From the NCBI GenBank assembly GCA_002878375.1, contig NIRF01000001.1:235931-299930 (forward strand): a stretch of DNA of 64,000 nt, given 5' to 3'. The position numbers and the translations under genes are program-made. The DNA comes from Dictyoglomus sp. NZ13-RE01 (GTDB lineage Bacteria; Dictyoglomota; Dictyoglomia; Dictyoglomales; Dictyoglomaceae). This document shows positions 10,648 to 19,280 of this stretch, piece after piece (the stretch's first letter is position 1; each line of letters starts with the position of its first letter). The notes beneath the pieces are model-generated. The model saw only the letters and a program-made list of their open reading frames with translations, ran no database searches and was not told where the DNA came from.

Positions 10648-11207
10648 ATTATCCCCTTTGTAGAAGTTGTTGTGTCAGAAATTTCACAAGCCTCCTTTAA
10701 AGCCATGCCTAAAGACTTGAAAATTGCCTCCTGTATATGATGTATGTTTTCTCCATATAAAATAATTACATGTAATGTAATTTTACTTTCGTTCACAAAA
10801 GCCCTTAAGAACTCCTTAACTAATTCATGCTCAGTTGTCCTATATTGAGAATTATCTTTAAAATTCAAATATGGTCTTCTACTTATATCTAACGAAGTCA
10901 TTACCAAAGCATCATCCATAGGAACTATTTTATTGGAAAACCTCTTAAAATTATACTTATAAATTATGTTATAAAAAGCAGTTCCAAGACAAAGTCCTAC
11001 ATCCTCAACTAAGTGATGAAAATCTACATCAATATCACCTTCCGCCTTCATCTCCAAATCAAAAGAAGCATAAAATATTAAAGTCTCCAATAAATGTTTC
11101 CAATATGGGATAGGAAAATCTCCAATAAATCTTCCTTTTCCATCAAGATTTAGCTTTAGTTTTATTTTTGTTTCCCTTGTTGTTCTTTCTAATTCATATT
11201 TCCTCAT
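10644..11207 (-). CDS. hisB: Imidazoleglycerol-phosphate dehydratase
   Basis: RTTRETKI...HHLVEDVG...HHIQEAIFK. ATG 11205-11207 overlaps the hisC TGA (ATGA junction). The track start at 11228 is an upstream extension. Confidence 0.94.
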   Translation of the reverse strand: MRKYELERTTRETKIKLKLNLDGKGRFIGDFPIPYWKHLLETLIFYASFDLEMKAEGDIDVDFHHLVEDVGLCLGTAFYNIIYKYNFKRFSNKIVPMDDALVMTSLDISRRPYLNFKDNSQYRTTEHELVKEFLRAFVNESKITLHVIILYGENIHHIQEAIFKSLGMALKEACEISDTTTSTKGII

Positions 11208-12253
11208 GATAACACCTCTGATAAACAATTTAAAAACTTCTCATTTTCCTCTCTACTTCCAATTGTAACCCGTAGACAGTTTTCTAATAGAGGCTCTTTG
11301 CTAAAATCCCTTAGGGCAATCCCCCAATCAACAAGCTTTCTATCCAACAACTCTTTCTTTTCGGTTCTAAAGAGCAAAAAGTTTGTTGTTGATGGAAAAA
11401 CCTTAATGTTTTCAAACTTTCTCATTGTAGAATATACTTCCTCTTTATACCTTAAAATTTCCTCTATTCTTTTCTCTAAAATATCCCAATATTTAAGTAC
11501 TATAGTCCCTGTAATCTGAGAAAAAATATTTAAGTTATAAGGAAGTCTAAAGTTTTCCAAGTAATTTATCAAATTTCTATGGGCAACAAGATATCCTAAT
11601 CTTACACCTGCACAGGAAAAAGCTTTTGAGAAAGTCCTAAGGATCATAATATTTGGATAATCATTTATCAAGTCAATAAAGGAAACTTTTGAAAACTCAT
11701 AATAAGCCTCATCAATAAGAATGATACTATTAAAATCTAAAATCTTATCTAAATCTGAAGGCTCAATTAATAAATTTCCCGTTGGATTATTAGGATTACA
11801 TATTACAATTAATTTAATACTTCTTTTTTTATAGCTATCCAATTTTTCCCATGGCATTGAAAAATCTTCTTTATTTAAAAACAAGTCATGAATAATTACA
11901 TCTTTTTGTTGAAAGATCTTTTTATAGAGAGGAAATGTTGGTTGAGGGAGTATTACTTCATCTCCTTCTGATAGAAGGGCATTCGATATGATGTTTATAA
12001 TTTCCCCTGAGCCATTACCAAGTAGAATATTCTCATAAGGAATTTTTAAAAAATCCGCTAATGCATTTTTTAACTCATAAGCCTTGCTATCAGGATACCT
12101 ATTCCAAGGCGTATTTAATAACTTATTAATTACCTCTTGTTTTATTTCCAATGGTAAATCATAGGGATTTTCATTTCTTGCCAAAGAAATAGGTAAATCT
12201 TTAACCTCAACCTTATATCCTGTATAATCTTTTTTAATTATCTCTTCCCACAT
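11204..12253 (-). CDS. hisC: Histidinol-phosphate aminotransferase
   Basis: LARNENPY, NPNNPTG, and the PLP-lysine context RTFSKAF. Confidence 0.95.
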   Translation of the reverse strand: MWEEIIKKDYTGYKVEVKDLPISLARNENPYDLPLEIKQEVINKLLNTPWNRYPDSKAYELKNALADFLKIPYENILLGNGSGEIINIISNALLSEGDEVILPQPTFPLYKKIFQQKDVIIHDLFLNKEDFSMPWEKLDSYKKRSIKLIVICNPNNPTGNLLIEPSDLDKILDFNSIILIDEAYYEFSKVSFIDLINDYPNIMILRTFSKAFSCAGVRLGYLVAHRNLINYLENFRLPYNLNIFSQITGTIVLKYWDILEKRIEEILRYKEEVYSTMRKFENIKVFPSTTNFLLFRTEKKELLDRKLVDWGIALRDFSKEPLLENCLRVTIGSREENEKFLNCLSEVLS

Positions 12254-13533
12254 TAACTTTTTCCCCCAAAATAGTTTTTTAGACTTTTTTCATGCATAAA
12301 GAATCCCTCTTCTCTTGCTATTATACTTCCATATTTTGAAATTTCTCTAATATCTTCATCACTTAAATTGACAAAACTAATTCTTTTTATAAAAGTGTTT
12401 ACACTTAATCCTGATGAAAAGATTGCTCTTCTACCTGTAGGTAAAACATGACTTGGTCCTGCTATAAAATCTCCAAAAATAGAGGAATGATTTATAAATA
12501 TGGCACCTGCATTATTAATATGTGGTATATATTCCATGTAATTATTACTAAGAATTTCTAAATGCTCAGGGGCTATATGATTAATGATTTCTATAGCATT
12601 CTTCTTATCTTCTACTAATATTATAAAACTATTTTTCATTGATTCTTTTAGAATAGCACTTCTCATTGCCTTTTCAATCTCAATATTTATCTCTTTTACT
12701 ATATCATCTACTATTTCTTCATTTTCAGTTATGATCCATCCTCTGTCATATGGGGAGTGTTCTATTTGAGCCAAAAAGTCACAAACAACTTTCTTAATAT
12801 CTATTTCTTTTTCCTTATCAATCAAAATAGCAATTTCACTGGGTCCATTAATACCATCAATACCAACTTCCCCAAAAACCATCTTTTTAGCTAAAGCTAC
12901 ATATATATTTCCTGGGCCAACAATCATATCCACTCTTGGAATACTTTCTGTTCCATAAGAAAAAGCAAATATAGCTTGAGCTCCCCCTAAGGTATAAAAT
13001 TTTGAAAAGTTTAATACTTTCAGTGTATATAAAAATAATTCATTATAAGTTTGTTGGGGAGGAGTAGTAATATAAATTTCTTTAACCCCTGCAATTAATG
13101 CTGGAATTGTAGTCATAATAATTGTTGAGGGATAAACGGCTCTTCCCCCTGGTACATATATTAATACCTTTTCAACAGGTTTTATAATCTGCCCCAATAA
13201 GCTATTTTTATCATTAGTAAAAAACCAAGAATTAATCCTTTCTCTTTCATGAAATTCACTTACTCTCTTGATCATTACATTAATGCTATACTTAACCTCA
13301 TCTTCTATACTTAAAGTATCCGCTTTAATATTTTCCAAACTATATATGAAACCTTTTTCACTTAGATCAATATTGTCAAACTTTTTAGTCAAAGAAATTA
13401 AAGCATTATCTCCATACATCAGTACTTCTTGCATAATATTTTTCAATTCTTCCTCTACTTTATACTCCCACTTCTTCCTTTCCACTTCAAAATCGACTTT
13501 AAAAAAATCACTGCCTTTAATCACTCTGATCAT
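12253..13533 (-). CDS. hisD: Histidinol dehydrogenase
   Basis: [20 protein letters not shown] and GPSHVLPTG. Confidence 0.96.
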   Translation of the reverse strand: MIRVIKGSDFFKVDFEVERKKWEYKVEEELKNIMQEVLMYGDNALISLTKKFDNIDLSEKGFIYSLENIKADTLSIEDEVKYSINVMIKRVSEFHERERINSWFFTNDKNSLLGQIIKPVEKVLIYVPGGRAVYPSTIIMTTIPALIAGVKEIYITTPPQQTYNELFLYTLKVLNFSKFYTLGGAQAIFAFSYGTESIPRVDMIVGPGNIYVALAKKMVFGEVGIDGINGPSEIAILIDKEKEIDIKKVVCDFLAQIEHSPYDRGWIITENEEIVDDIVKEINIEIEKAMRSAILKESMKNSFIILVEDKKNAIEIINHIAPEHLEILSNNYMEYIPHINNAGAIFINHSSIFGDFIAGPSHVLPTGRRAIFSSGLSVNTFIKRISFVNLSDEDIREISKYGSIIAREEGFFMHEKSLKNYFGGKS

Positions 13534-14152
13534 TCTCCGCCTCCTCCATTTTAGCTATCAAATCTAAAACCTCATCCTTCTTAAAAGCAAAACTTACCTC
13601 ATTAATAATAAGCATCGCTGATGTTTCAAATATGACATCCTTTATCTCTAATCCATTCTCTCTTAAAGTATTTCCTGTCTCCACAAGATCTATGATACAG
13701 TCCGCTATGTTAGCTATAGGAGCAAGCTCAACAGATCCATTCAACTTAACAATTTCATAATCTATTCCTTTCCATTTATTATTAAAATATTCTTCCGAAA
13801 CCTTAGGATATTTTGAAGCAACCTTAACAGATTCTTTACTTTTTATGTCCCATTCAGGATAGCTTGCCAAAACCATCTTACAATAACCAAACCTAAATCT
13901 TCCCATTATAACCACATTACTTTTTCTCTCTCTAATTACATCTCCCCCTACAATTCCAATCTCCGTAATTTTTTCCTCCACATAAACGGGAATGTCCCAA
14001 GGTTTCACCAAATAAATCTCAAAAACATTACCTCTCCATACTAACTTACGAGATAACTCATCTAATTCAGGTAGAGAGCTATCTATTTCCCTTAATAAGT
14101 TCCAACTTCTATTAAATAATCTTCCAGTAGGAATTGCTATCTTCAACAACAA
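13517..14152 (-). CDS. hisG: ATP phosphoribosyltransferase, short (HisZ-dependent) form
   Basis: 211 aa. KIAIPTGRL...DLVETGNTLRENGL. It lacks the long-form C-terminal regulatory domain and is paired with hisZ. Confidence 0.94.
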   Translation of the reverse strand: MLLKIAIPTGRLFNRSWNLLREIDSSLPELDELSRKLVWRGNVFEIYLVKPWDIPVYVEEKITEIGIVGGDVIRERKSNVVIMGRFRFGYCKMVLASYPEWDIKSKESVKVASKYPKVSEEYFNNKWKGIDYEIVKLNGSVELAPIANIADCIIDLVETGNTLRENGLEIKDVIFETSAMLIINEVSFAFKKDEVLDLIAKMEEAENDQSD

Positions 14153-14162
14153 AACCAGCTCC

Positions 14163-14987
14163 TTATTTATAGATTTCTCTTAAATTATCCTCAATAAAAG
14201 CAAAACCAATCCCACTTATCTTTTCTCCCTTTTCATTATACTTAATATAACTTCCCCCACCACCAATAGCTTTTTTAAGATTAGAAATATAAACCTGAAA
14301 AATAATGCCATCGTAATATTCATATGGTCTTAAAAGTATTGGAGAAATAGAAATTTTTTCATTATCTATACCGCCCTTTATTAACTCATCTTTAAAAGAT
14401 TTTAGTTCTTCAAGGACTGTATTAATGTCATTATCCTTGATAACACTTCTTGGATAATAAACCAAAGATTTCATTAATTCCTTATTTAAAGACTCTTCTA
14501 TTAAACTCACATAATCTCTTTTCAAGGCAAATTTCCTCAGTTTTTCCATATTTTCTTCTTTTTCTTTGGAGTACAAATAGTTCCAAATTTTAGTGGAATT
14601 TATCTCGATGATGAACTCCTTTATATTTAGTTTTGAAAATATCTCATATATAAGATATATAGCCTCAAAATCTCTTGAAATTTTATTCTCTTCAATTAAC
14701 TCCCACCCTATTTGATATCTCTCCTGAATTTCCCCATTTATATAGGAAAATATTGGTCCCATATAATAAAGTCTTAGGGGTTCTCCATAATAGGAAACTT
14801 TTTGTATTACAAGGGATGTTATTTCTGGTCTTAATGCAACTACCCTACCTTTCCCATCTATAATCTTCACAATATTGTTTTCTTTCCATAAGGAAAGATC
14901 TCCCATTGTGGGGACTATAATCTCTTTATAACCCCTTTTTCTTAATGTATCTCTAATAATCTCAGATATATTCTCTACTATCTGCAT
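14163..14987 (-). CDS. hisZ: ATP phosphoribosyltransferase regulatory subunit (HisRS paralog)
   Basis: Class II aaRS-like core (RGYKEIIVPT...ALRPEITS...GGGSY) without an anticodon-binding domain. First gene of the his operon, next to the short hisG. Confidence 0.85.
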   Translation of the reverse strand: MQIVENISEIIRDTLRKRGYKEIIVPTMGDLSLWKENNIVKIIDGKGRVVALRPEITSLVIQKVSYYGEPLRLYYMGPIFSYINGEIQERYQIGWELIEENKISRDFEAIYLIYEIFSKLNIKEFIIEINSTKIWNYLYSKEKEENMEKLRKFALKRDYVSLIEESLNKELMKSLVYYPRSVIKDNDINTVLEELKSFKDELIKGGIDNEKISISPILLRPYEYYDGIIFQVYISNLKKAIGGGGSYIKYNEKGEKISGIGFAFIEDNLREIYK

Positions 14988-15097
14988 ACTTTATTTCTTT
15001 AAAGTATTAATATGATAAAATTATAAAGACAAAATTCAAAAATGTCAAATTCTTTTTATTATTGACAGAACCAATCATATTTTTTAGACTGAAAAAC

Positions 15098-15832
15098 ATG
15101 GAAAGATATAAGTTTGAAAAAAGCTTAAAAGATAAACTATTTAATTTTAATATAAATCTTACCCAGTCTGAGATTGATTTGTTTTATACATATTACGAAA
15201 TACTCGTTTTTTGGAATAAAAAATTCAATTTAACTGCTATAGAAGATGAACAGGAAATAATATTAAAACACTTTGTAGATTCTTTAATACTAAAATTAAC
15301 CATTGAAAATGAGGAGCTCGAAAAAGTTATTGATATAGGAACTGGAGCAGGTTTTCCAGGAGTCCCATTAAAAATAATAAATCAAAATTGGAAATTAACA
15401 CTTCTTGAAGCCCAAAAGAAAAAAGTTGAATTCCTTAAAGAGCTAATAAAGGAACTTAATTTAAAAGATGTAGAAATTTTATGGGATAGAGCGGAAAATT
15501 TGGGAAGAATGAGAGGTTTCAGAGAAAATTTTGACCTGGTATTAGCAAGAGGCGTGGCAAAACCAGAGATTGTTTTAGAATATGCTGTTCCTTTTGTAAA
15601 AATTAATAAGATCTATTTAGCTCAAACAACTCCTAAAAGTATTGATCATTGGAAAGAAGTTTCAAAAATATCTGAGATGTTAGGAGCTAAATGGGAAAAA
15701 GAATATTACTTTTCCTTTGATGACAATAATAGAGCTGTAATTAAGTTTAGAAAAATAAGATCTACTCCTGAAAAATACCCAAGAAAGCCGGGAATTCCCG
15801 AAAAAAGACCATTAGATCCAAGCAAATTATGA
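15098..15832 (+). CDS. rsmG: 16S rRNA (guanine527-N7)-methyltransferase RsmG/GidB
   Basis: WNKKFNLTAI, HFVDSL, and the SAM motif IDIGTGAGFPGVPL. The track start 15062 is a TTG. ATG 15098 is preferred but its RBS is weak. Confidence 0.9.
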   Translation: MERYKFEKSLKDKLFNFNINLTQSEIDLFYTYYEILVFWNKKFNLTAIEDEQEIILKHFVDSLILKLTIENEELEKVIDIGTGAGFPGVPLKIINQNWKLTLLEAQKKKVEFLKELIKELNLKDVEILWDRAENLGRMRGFRENFDLVLARGVAKPEIVLEYAVPFVKINKIYLAQTTPKSIDHWKEVSKISEMLGAKWEKEYYFSFDDNNRAVIKFRKIRSTPEKYPRKPGIPEKRPLDPSKL

Positions 15833-15873
15833 TATAATCTTAAAAAATTTTTAAGAAAGGGAGAGAGGAAAAA

Positions 15874-16998
15874 ATGGAAATTGTAGAGGTTGTATCAAAA
15901 AAAGAGAAGAAAGACTTTATAATGTTTCCTTTTGAATTATATAAAAACGATCCTTTATGGGTACCTCCTTTAATTAGTGATATGAAGAAAATAATTAATG
16001 GAGAGGGAAGCCTTCTTTTTCAAAGTGGTCCACACACATTTTTCTTAGCTTATAAAGGGAACAAGGTTGTAGGAAGACTTGCTGTAGGTATAGATGAAAA
16101 GACAAATAAAATTCAAAATAAAAGTGAAGGATATATCACTTTATTTGAGAGTATAAATGATAGAGAAGTAGCCTTTTCTCTTATTGATACCGCAATAAAA
16201 TGGTTGAAATCAAAAGGCATTACCTATGTTTCAGCCTTTGTATCTCCAACAAACGGTGATGATTACAGAGGAATGTTAATTGAAAATTTTCAAGATCCAC
16301 CCCTCATCTATACAACTTATAACCCTCCTTATTATATTGATCTTTTTGAAAATTATGGATTTAAAAAAGACCATGTTTTCTTAGCTTTTAAATACAATTT
16401 AAAATCTCTACCTTTAGATAACGCATTAAAGGTAATAGAATATGCTAAGAGAAAATATAATTTTATAGTAAGACCTGCAGACTACTCTCGTGTTAGAGAA
16501 GAGGCATTAGCAATACAAAAGGTTATTGCAAGATCTTTAATACCTTTGGAGTACGATTACCTTCTTCCCCCAACAGAGGAAGAAATGCTTGCTATTGCAA
16601 AAGACCTAAAGAGTTTTATTCCCCCACAATTTGTTCAATTAGCCTGGTCAGGTGATGAACCTATAGGTGTTGCCGTAGCCATTCCAGATTATAATCAGGT
16701 ATTGAAAAAACTAAATGGTAGGTTATTTCCCATTGGTTGGTTAAAATATCTTTGGTATAAGAGAAAAATAACAAGAGCAAGAGTATTTATACTTTTTGTA
16801 GTACCAGAATATCAGTCAAAAGGTGTGCCATCCGCTCTCTTTATTGAGTTACTTAAGCATGCAAGAAACATTGGATATGAATTTGCGGAGGGGTCTACAA
16901 TAAATATTAATAATGAAAAGATGTGTAGAGAAGCTGAAGGAGCAGGTGGTATTCCTTATAAAAAATATGCCATATATGGAAAAAGTATTGAATCTTGA
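15874..16998 (+). CDS. GNAT-like N-acetyltransferase family protein (function unknown)
   Basis: 374 aa. C-terminal acetyl-CoA-binding-like block RVFILFVVPEYQSKGVPSALFIELLKHA. RBS GGGAGAGAGG upstream. Confidence 0.6.
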   Translation: MEIVEVVSKKEKKDFIMFPFELYKNDPLWVPPLISDMKKIINGEGSLLFQSGPHTFFLAYKGNKVVGRLAVGIDEKTNKIQNKSEGYITLFESINDREVAFSLIDTAIKWLKSKGITYVSAFVSPTNGDDYRGMLIENFQDPPLIYTTYNPPYYIDLFENYGFKKDHVFLAFKYNLKSLPLDNALKVIEYAKRKYNFIVRPADYSRVREEALAIQKVIARSLIPLEYDYLLPPTEEEMLAIAKDLKSFIPPQFVQLAWSGDEPIGVAVAIPDYNQVLKKLNGRLFPIGWLKYLWYKRKITRARVFILFVVPEYQSKGVPSALFIELLKHARNIGYEFAEGSTININNEKMCREAEGAGGIPYKKYAIYGKSIES

Positions 16999-17066
16999 CA
17001 ATTACTCATCTTATTTTATAATGTATAAAGTTATTAAAATTTTAAAAGAAAAGAGGTAAGGGTGAT

Positions 17067-17381
17067 ATGGAGAAGGAGAAGAATAAATTAACAATCGAAG
17101 AGTGTGAAGGCTTAGCAGATGTTTTTAAATCTCTTTCAAGCTCTGTAAGAGTACATATACTTTGTACTCTATCAGAGGGAGAAAAGAGTGCTGGAGAAAT
17201 TGCAAAAGCAGTCAATGCATCCTTTGCTAACACATCCCAAAACCTAAAAGACCTATATAATTTAGGTCTATTAAAGAAGAAGAGAGTTGGACAACATGTT
17301 TATTATGCTCTTGCTAATGATGATGTAATGGAATTATTAAAGTTGGTTTATAAGCTTAGATATAGAACTGTAACTAAATAA
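17067..17381 (+). CDS. ArsR/SmtB family transcriptional regulator
   Basis: 104 aa. Winged-HTH pattern VRVHILCTLSEGEKSAGEIAKAVNASFANTSQNLKDLYNLGLLKKKRVGQHVYY. Confidence 0.85.
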   Translation: MEKEKNKLTIEECEGLADVFKSLSSSVRVHILCTLSEGEKSAGEIAKAVNASFANTSQNLKDLYNLGLLKKKRVGQHVYYALANDDVMELLKLVYKLRYRTVTK

Positions 17382-17389
17382 TCTTAGTT

Positions 17390-17424
17390 GCGAGGGGTCG
17401 GAAGGGGGTCAACCGACCCCTCGC
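17390..17424. terminator. GC-rich hairpin between convergent genes; probable bidirectional terminator
   Basis: Perfect 12-bp stem GCGAGGGGTCGG (17390-17401) / CCGACCCCTCGC (17413-17424) with an 11-nt loop. It is the only strongly GC-rich patch in this AT-rich neighbourhood. The U-tracts are weak on both sides. Confidence 0.6.
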
Positions 17425-17433
17425 CCTTTACCC

Positions 17434-18681
17434 TTAGAACTGTATTGAACCAGATATAGAAGCTACCAAAGGTTGAGTATTCTGAATAGTCTCTACTATG
17501 GATCCCTGGGCTAAGTAACCTAATCCTGCATCAACTCTTATAAACAATAAGTTTACTCCTGCGCCTAATGTATAGTACAGTGGAGTAAAGTTAGGATCTA
17601 ATATGGCACCGCCTCTTACCACAAATACAAGTAATGGTTGTTCTACTCCCAATCTGTAAAGGACTGGCTGGAAGTTGTTATTTAAATCTACATCAAAGGC
17701 AACCCTTGTATTCAAAGTAGGAACCTTTAATAATGCACCTGCTTTTAATGTGAGAGGAGGAATATTTATTTGGTCTGAAGATATATAGTATGGTCCATCT
17801 GTATAGGTGCTATCATAAACTAATATTGGTTCTCCACTCTGTGTATCTATCTCCCAATGGTAATATTTAATATGATGGTGTATATCTCCCTCAATACCTT
17901 GACCATAAACATTTTGAGCAGAAATTCCAAGAGCAAAGTTATCAGAAAGTTTTAAATACCCACCTAAATCTAATACCCAGTATTTATAGAGTTCTTCATA
18001 ATCTTCTACTTTTAGGTAATTTTCAAATCCTGTATTTTCACTGTAAGTTTCTAATGCTAAACCAGCTGGAGTTAATTTTGAATCTATTTTAATAGGTTTT
18101 GCATATCCATTTATATTAACTCTAAAGTTAGCACCTACAGAAAGTTTCAAATCTCTACTGTTTATAATAGGTAATGCAATTGTTAAGGCTCCATTTGCAT
18201 CAAAATTACTATCTAAGTAAACATTTGCTTCAAAAAGTGTATATGTAGTATAGGTAGCCTTATAATAATTAAAACTTGGTGATGCATCTCCCCAGAGTGT
18301 TAACCCAACCCTTCCAATTCCAAGATTAGCATATCCTGTTAAGAAAACATTTCCTGATAGCTCGTCATCAGGTGGCTCTTGGTCATTCATAAACATCTTG
18401 AGATATTCTACAAACTTGTTAAGACTTTCAAGGGTAGTTTCATCAACTGGAGCAGATCCAAGTCCAGCCTTTAGAGTAAAGCTATTATATTCACCCATTA
18501 AAGCAGGATTAAATATGGCAGAGGTTGGAGAATCACCAAGAGCGGTCATTGCTCCTGCCATACCAAGGGCTCTTGGATCCTTTGCAAGAGAAGTTATAGG
18601 ATCCTCAAATGTTACTGCCCAGGTATAGATAGGAATTAAAAGGAACGCTAAGATTAGAAGAGATATAATTTTGGTTCTCAT
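17434..18681 (-). CDS. Putative outer-membrane beta-barrel protein (family unknown)
   Basis: Signal peptide MRTKIISLLILAFLLIPIYTWA. N-terminal block ALGMAGAMTALGDSPTSAIFNPAL. Alternating hydrophobic/polar segments and a C-terminal ...SGSIQF ending in Phe, as in OM barrels. Confidence 0.6.
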   Translation of the reverse strand: MRTKIISLLILAFLLIPIYTWAVTFEDPITSLAKDPRALGMAGAMTALGDSPTSAIFNPALMGEYNSFTLKAGLGSAPVDETTLESLNKFVEYLKMFMNDQEPPDDELSGNVFLTGYANLGIGRVGLTLWGDASPSFNYYKATYTTYTLFEANVYLDSNFDANGALTIALPIINSRDLKLSVGANFRVNINGYAKPIKIDSKLTPAGLALETYSENTGFENYLKVEDYEELYKYWVLDLGGYLKLSDNFALGISAQNVYGQGIEGDIHHHIKYYHWEIDTQSGEPILVYDSTYTDGPYYISSDQINIPPLTLKAGALLKVPTLNTRVAFDVDLNNNFQPVLYRLGVEQPLLVFVVRGGAILDPNFTPLYYTLGAGVNLLFIRVDAGLGYLAQGSIVETIQNTQPLVASISGSIQF

Positions 18682-18761
18682 ATTTTATCCTCCCTTCAAA
18701 ATTATTCTTATTTAAGTTTATCATTTTCAATTTGATAATACAAATTTTCAACTTCATTGTC

Positions 18762-18800
18762 TGTGATGTATATCACACTTTCTTTGTGATTTTAGACACA
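18762..18800. promoter_or_regulatory. Two tandem CRP/FNR-type boxes (candidate operator) upstream of hsp20-lon
   Basis: 18762-18777 is TGTGA-tgtata-TCACA, a perfect 5-N6-5 palindrome. 18785-18800 is TGTGA-ttttag-ACACA (9/10). Both lie in the divergent intergenic region between the OMP gene and hsp20. Confidence 0.5.
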
Positions 18801-18822
18801 TGATAGCTTTAAATGGTATAAT
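18793..18822 (+). promoter_or_regulatory. Candidate sigma-70-type promoter of the hsp20-lon operon
   Basis: -35-like TAGACA (18793-18798), an 18-nt spacer, and an extended -10 TGgTATAAT (TATAAT at 18817-18822). It lies about 30-40 nt upstream of the hsp20 start candidates. Confidence 0.4.
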
Positions 18823-18849
18823 TAGTTTAAAAGGAAATTAAGTTTAGTA

Positions 18850-19263
18850 ATGGAGGCAAAAATGAAGAAAGATGAAATCTTTTTAAAAGAAAGTGACTAT
18901 TTCCGCAGTCAAATATACAGATTGGTTGATTGTTTTTATAGGCAAGGTAGTAGGGTACCTTTTCAATGGGGTGCCTGGATACCAGCAGTAGATGTGTATG
19001 AAACAGAGGATAAAATAGTAGTCTTAGTAGATATTGCAGGTGTAAGCAAAGATAACATTGATCTGACCTTTCAACAAAATAAGTTGATTATAAAGGGAAC
19101 AAGACCTGCAAAAGTATATTCAGACCCAGAAATATATTATCAAATGGAGATAAATTTTGGACCTTTTGAGAGAGTTATAGAACTACCATGTCCAGTGGAT
19201 GGAGAAAATGCAGAAGCAATTTACAAAGAAGGTTTCTTAGAGATCATTCTTCCCAAAAAGTAA
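18850..19263 (+). CDS. Hsp20/alpha-crystallin family small heat-shock protein
   Basis: Alpha-crystallin domain [28 protein letters not shown]...GFLEIILPK. The ATG at 18862 (GGAGG at 18852-18856, 5 nt upstream) may be the real start. Confidence 0.92.
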   Translation: MEAKMKKDEIFLKESDYFRSQIYRLVDCFYRQGSRVPFQWGAWIPAVDVYETEDKIVVLVDIAGVSKDNIDLTFQQNKLIIKGTRPAKVYSDPEIYYQMEINFGPFERVIELPCPVDGENAEAIYKEGFLEIILPKK

Positions 19264-19280
19264 AGAAAGGAGGAAAGTTA

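Noticed and set aside
14988-15097. his leader peptide, attenuator or T-box upstream of hisZ. The same question applies to a T-box upstream of leuS (26285-26360).
   Set aside because: The intergenic regions are only about 75-110 nt, with no His-codon-rich mini-ORF, no specifier or T-box conserved sequence and no terminator hairpin. They are too short for a T-box leader.
19188-19280. Upstream extension of the lon ORF overlapping hsp20 by 76 nt
   Set aside because: The conserved Lon N-terminus starts at [25 protein letters not shown] 19281 has a perfect AAGGAGG at proper spacing, and the extension has no homology-like content.
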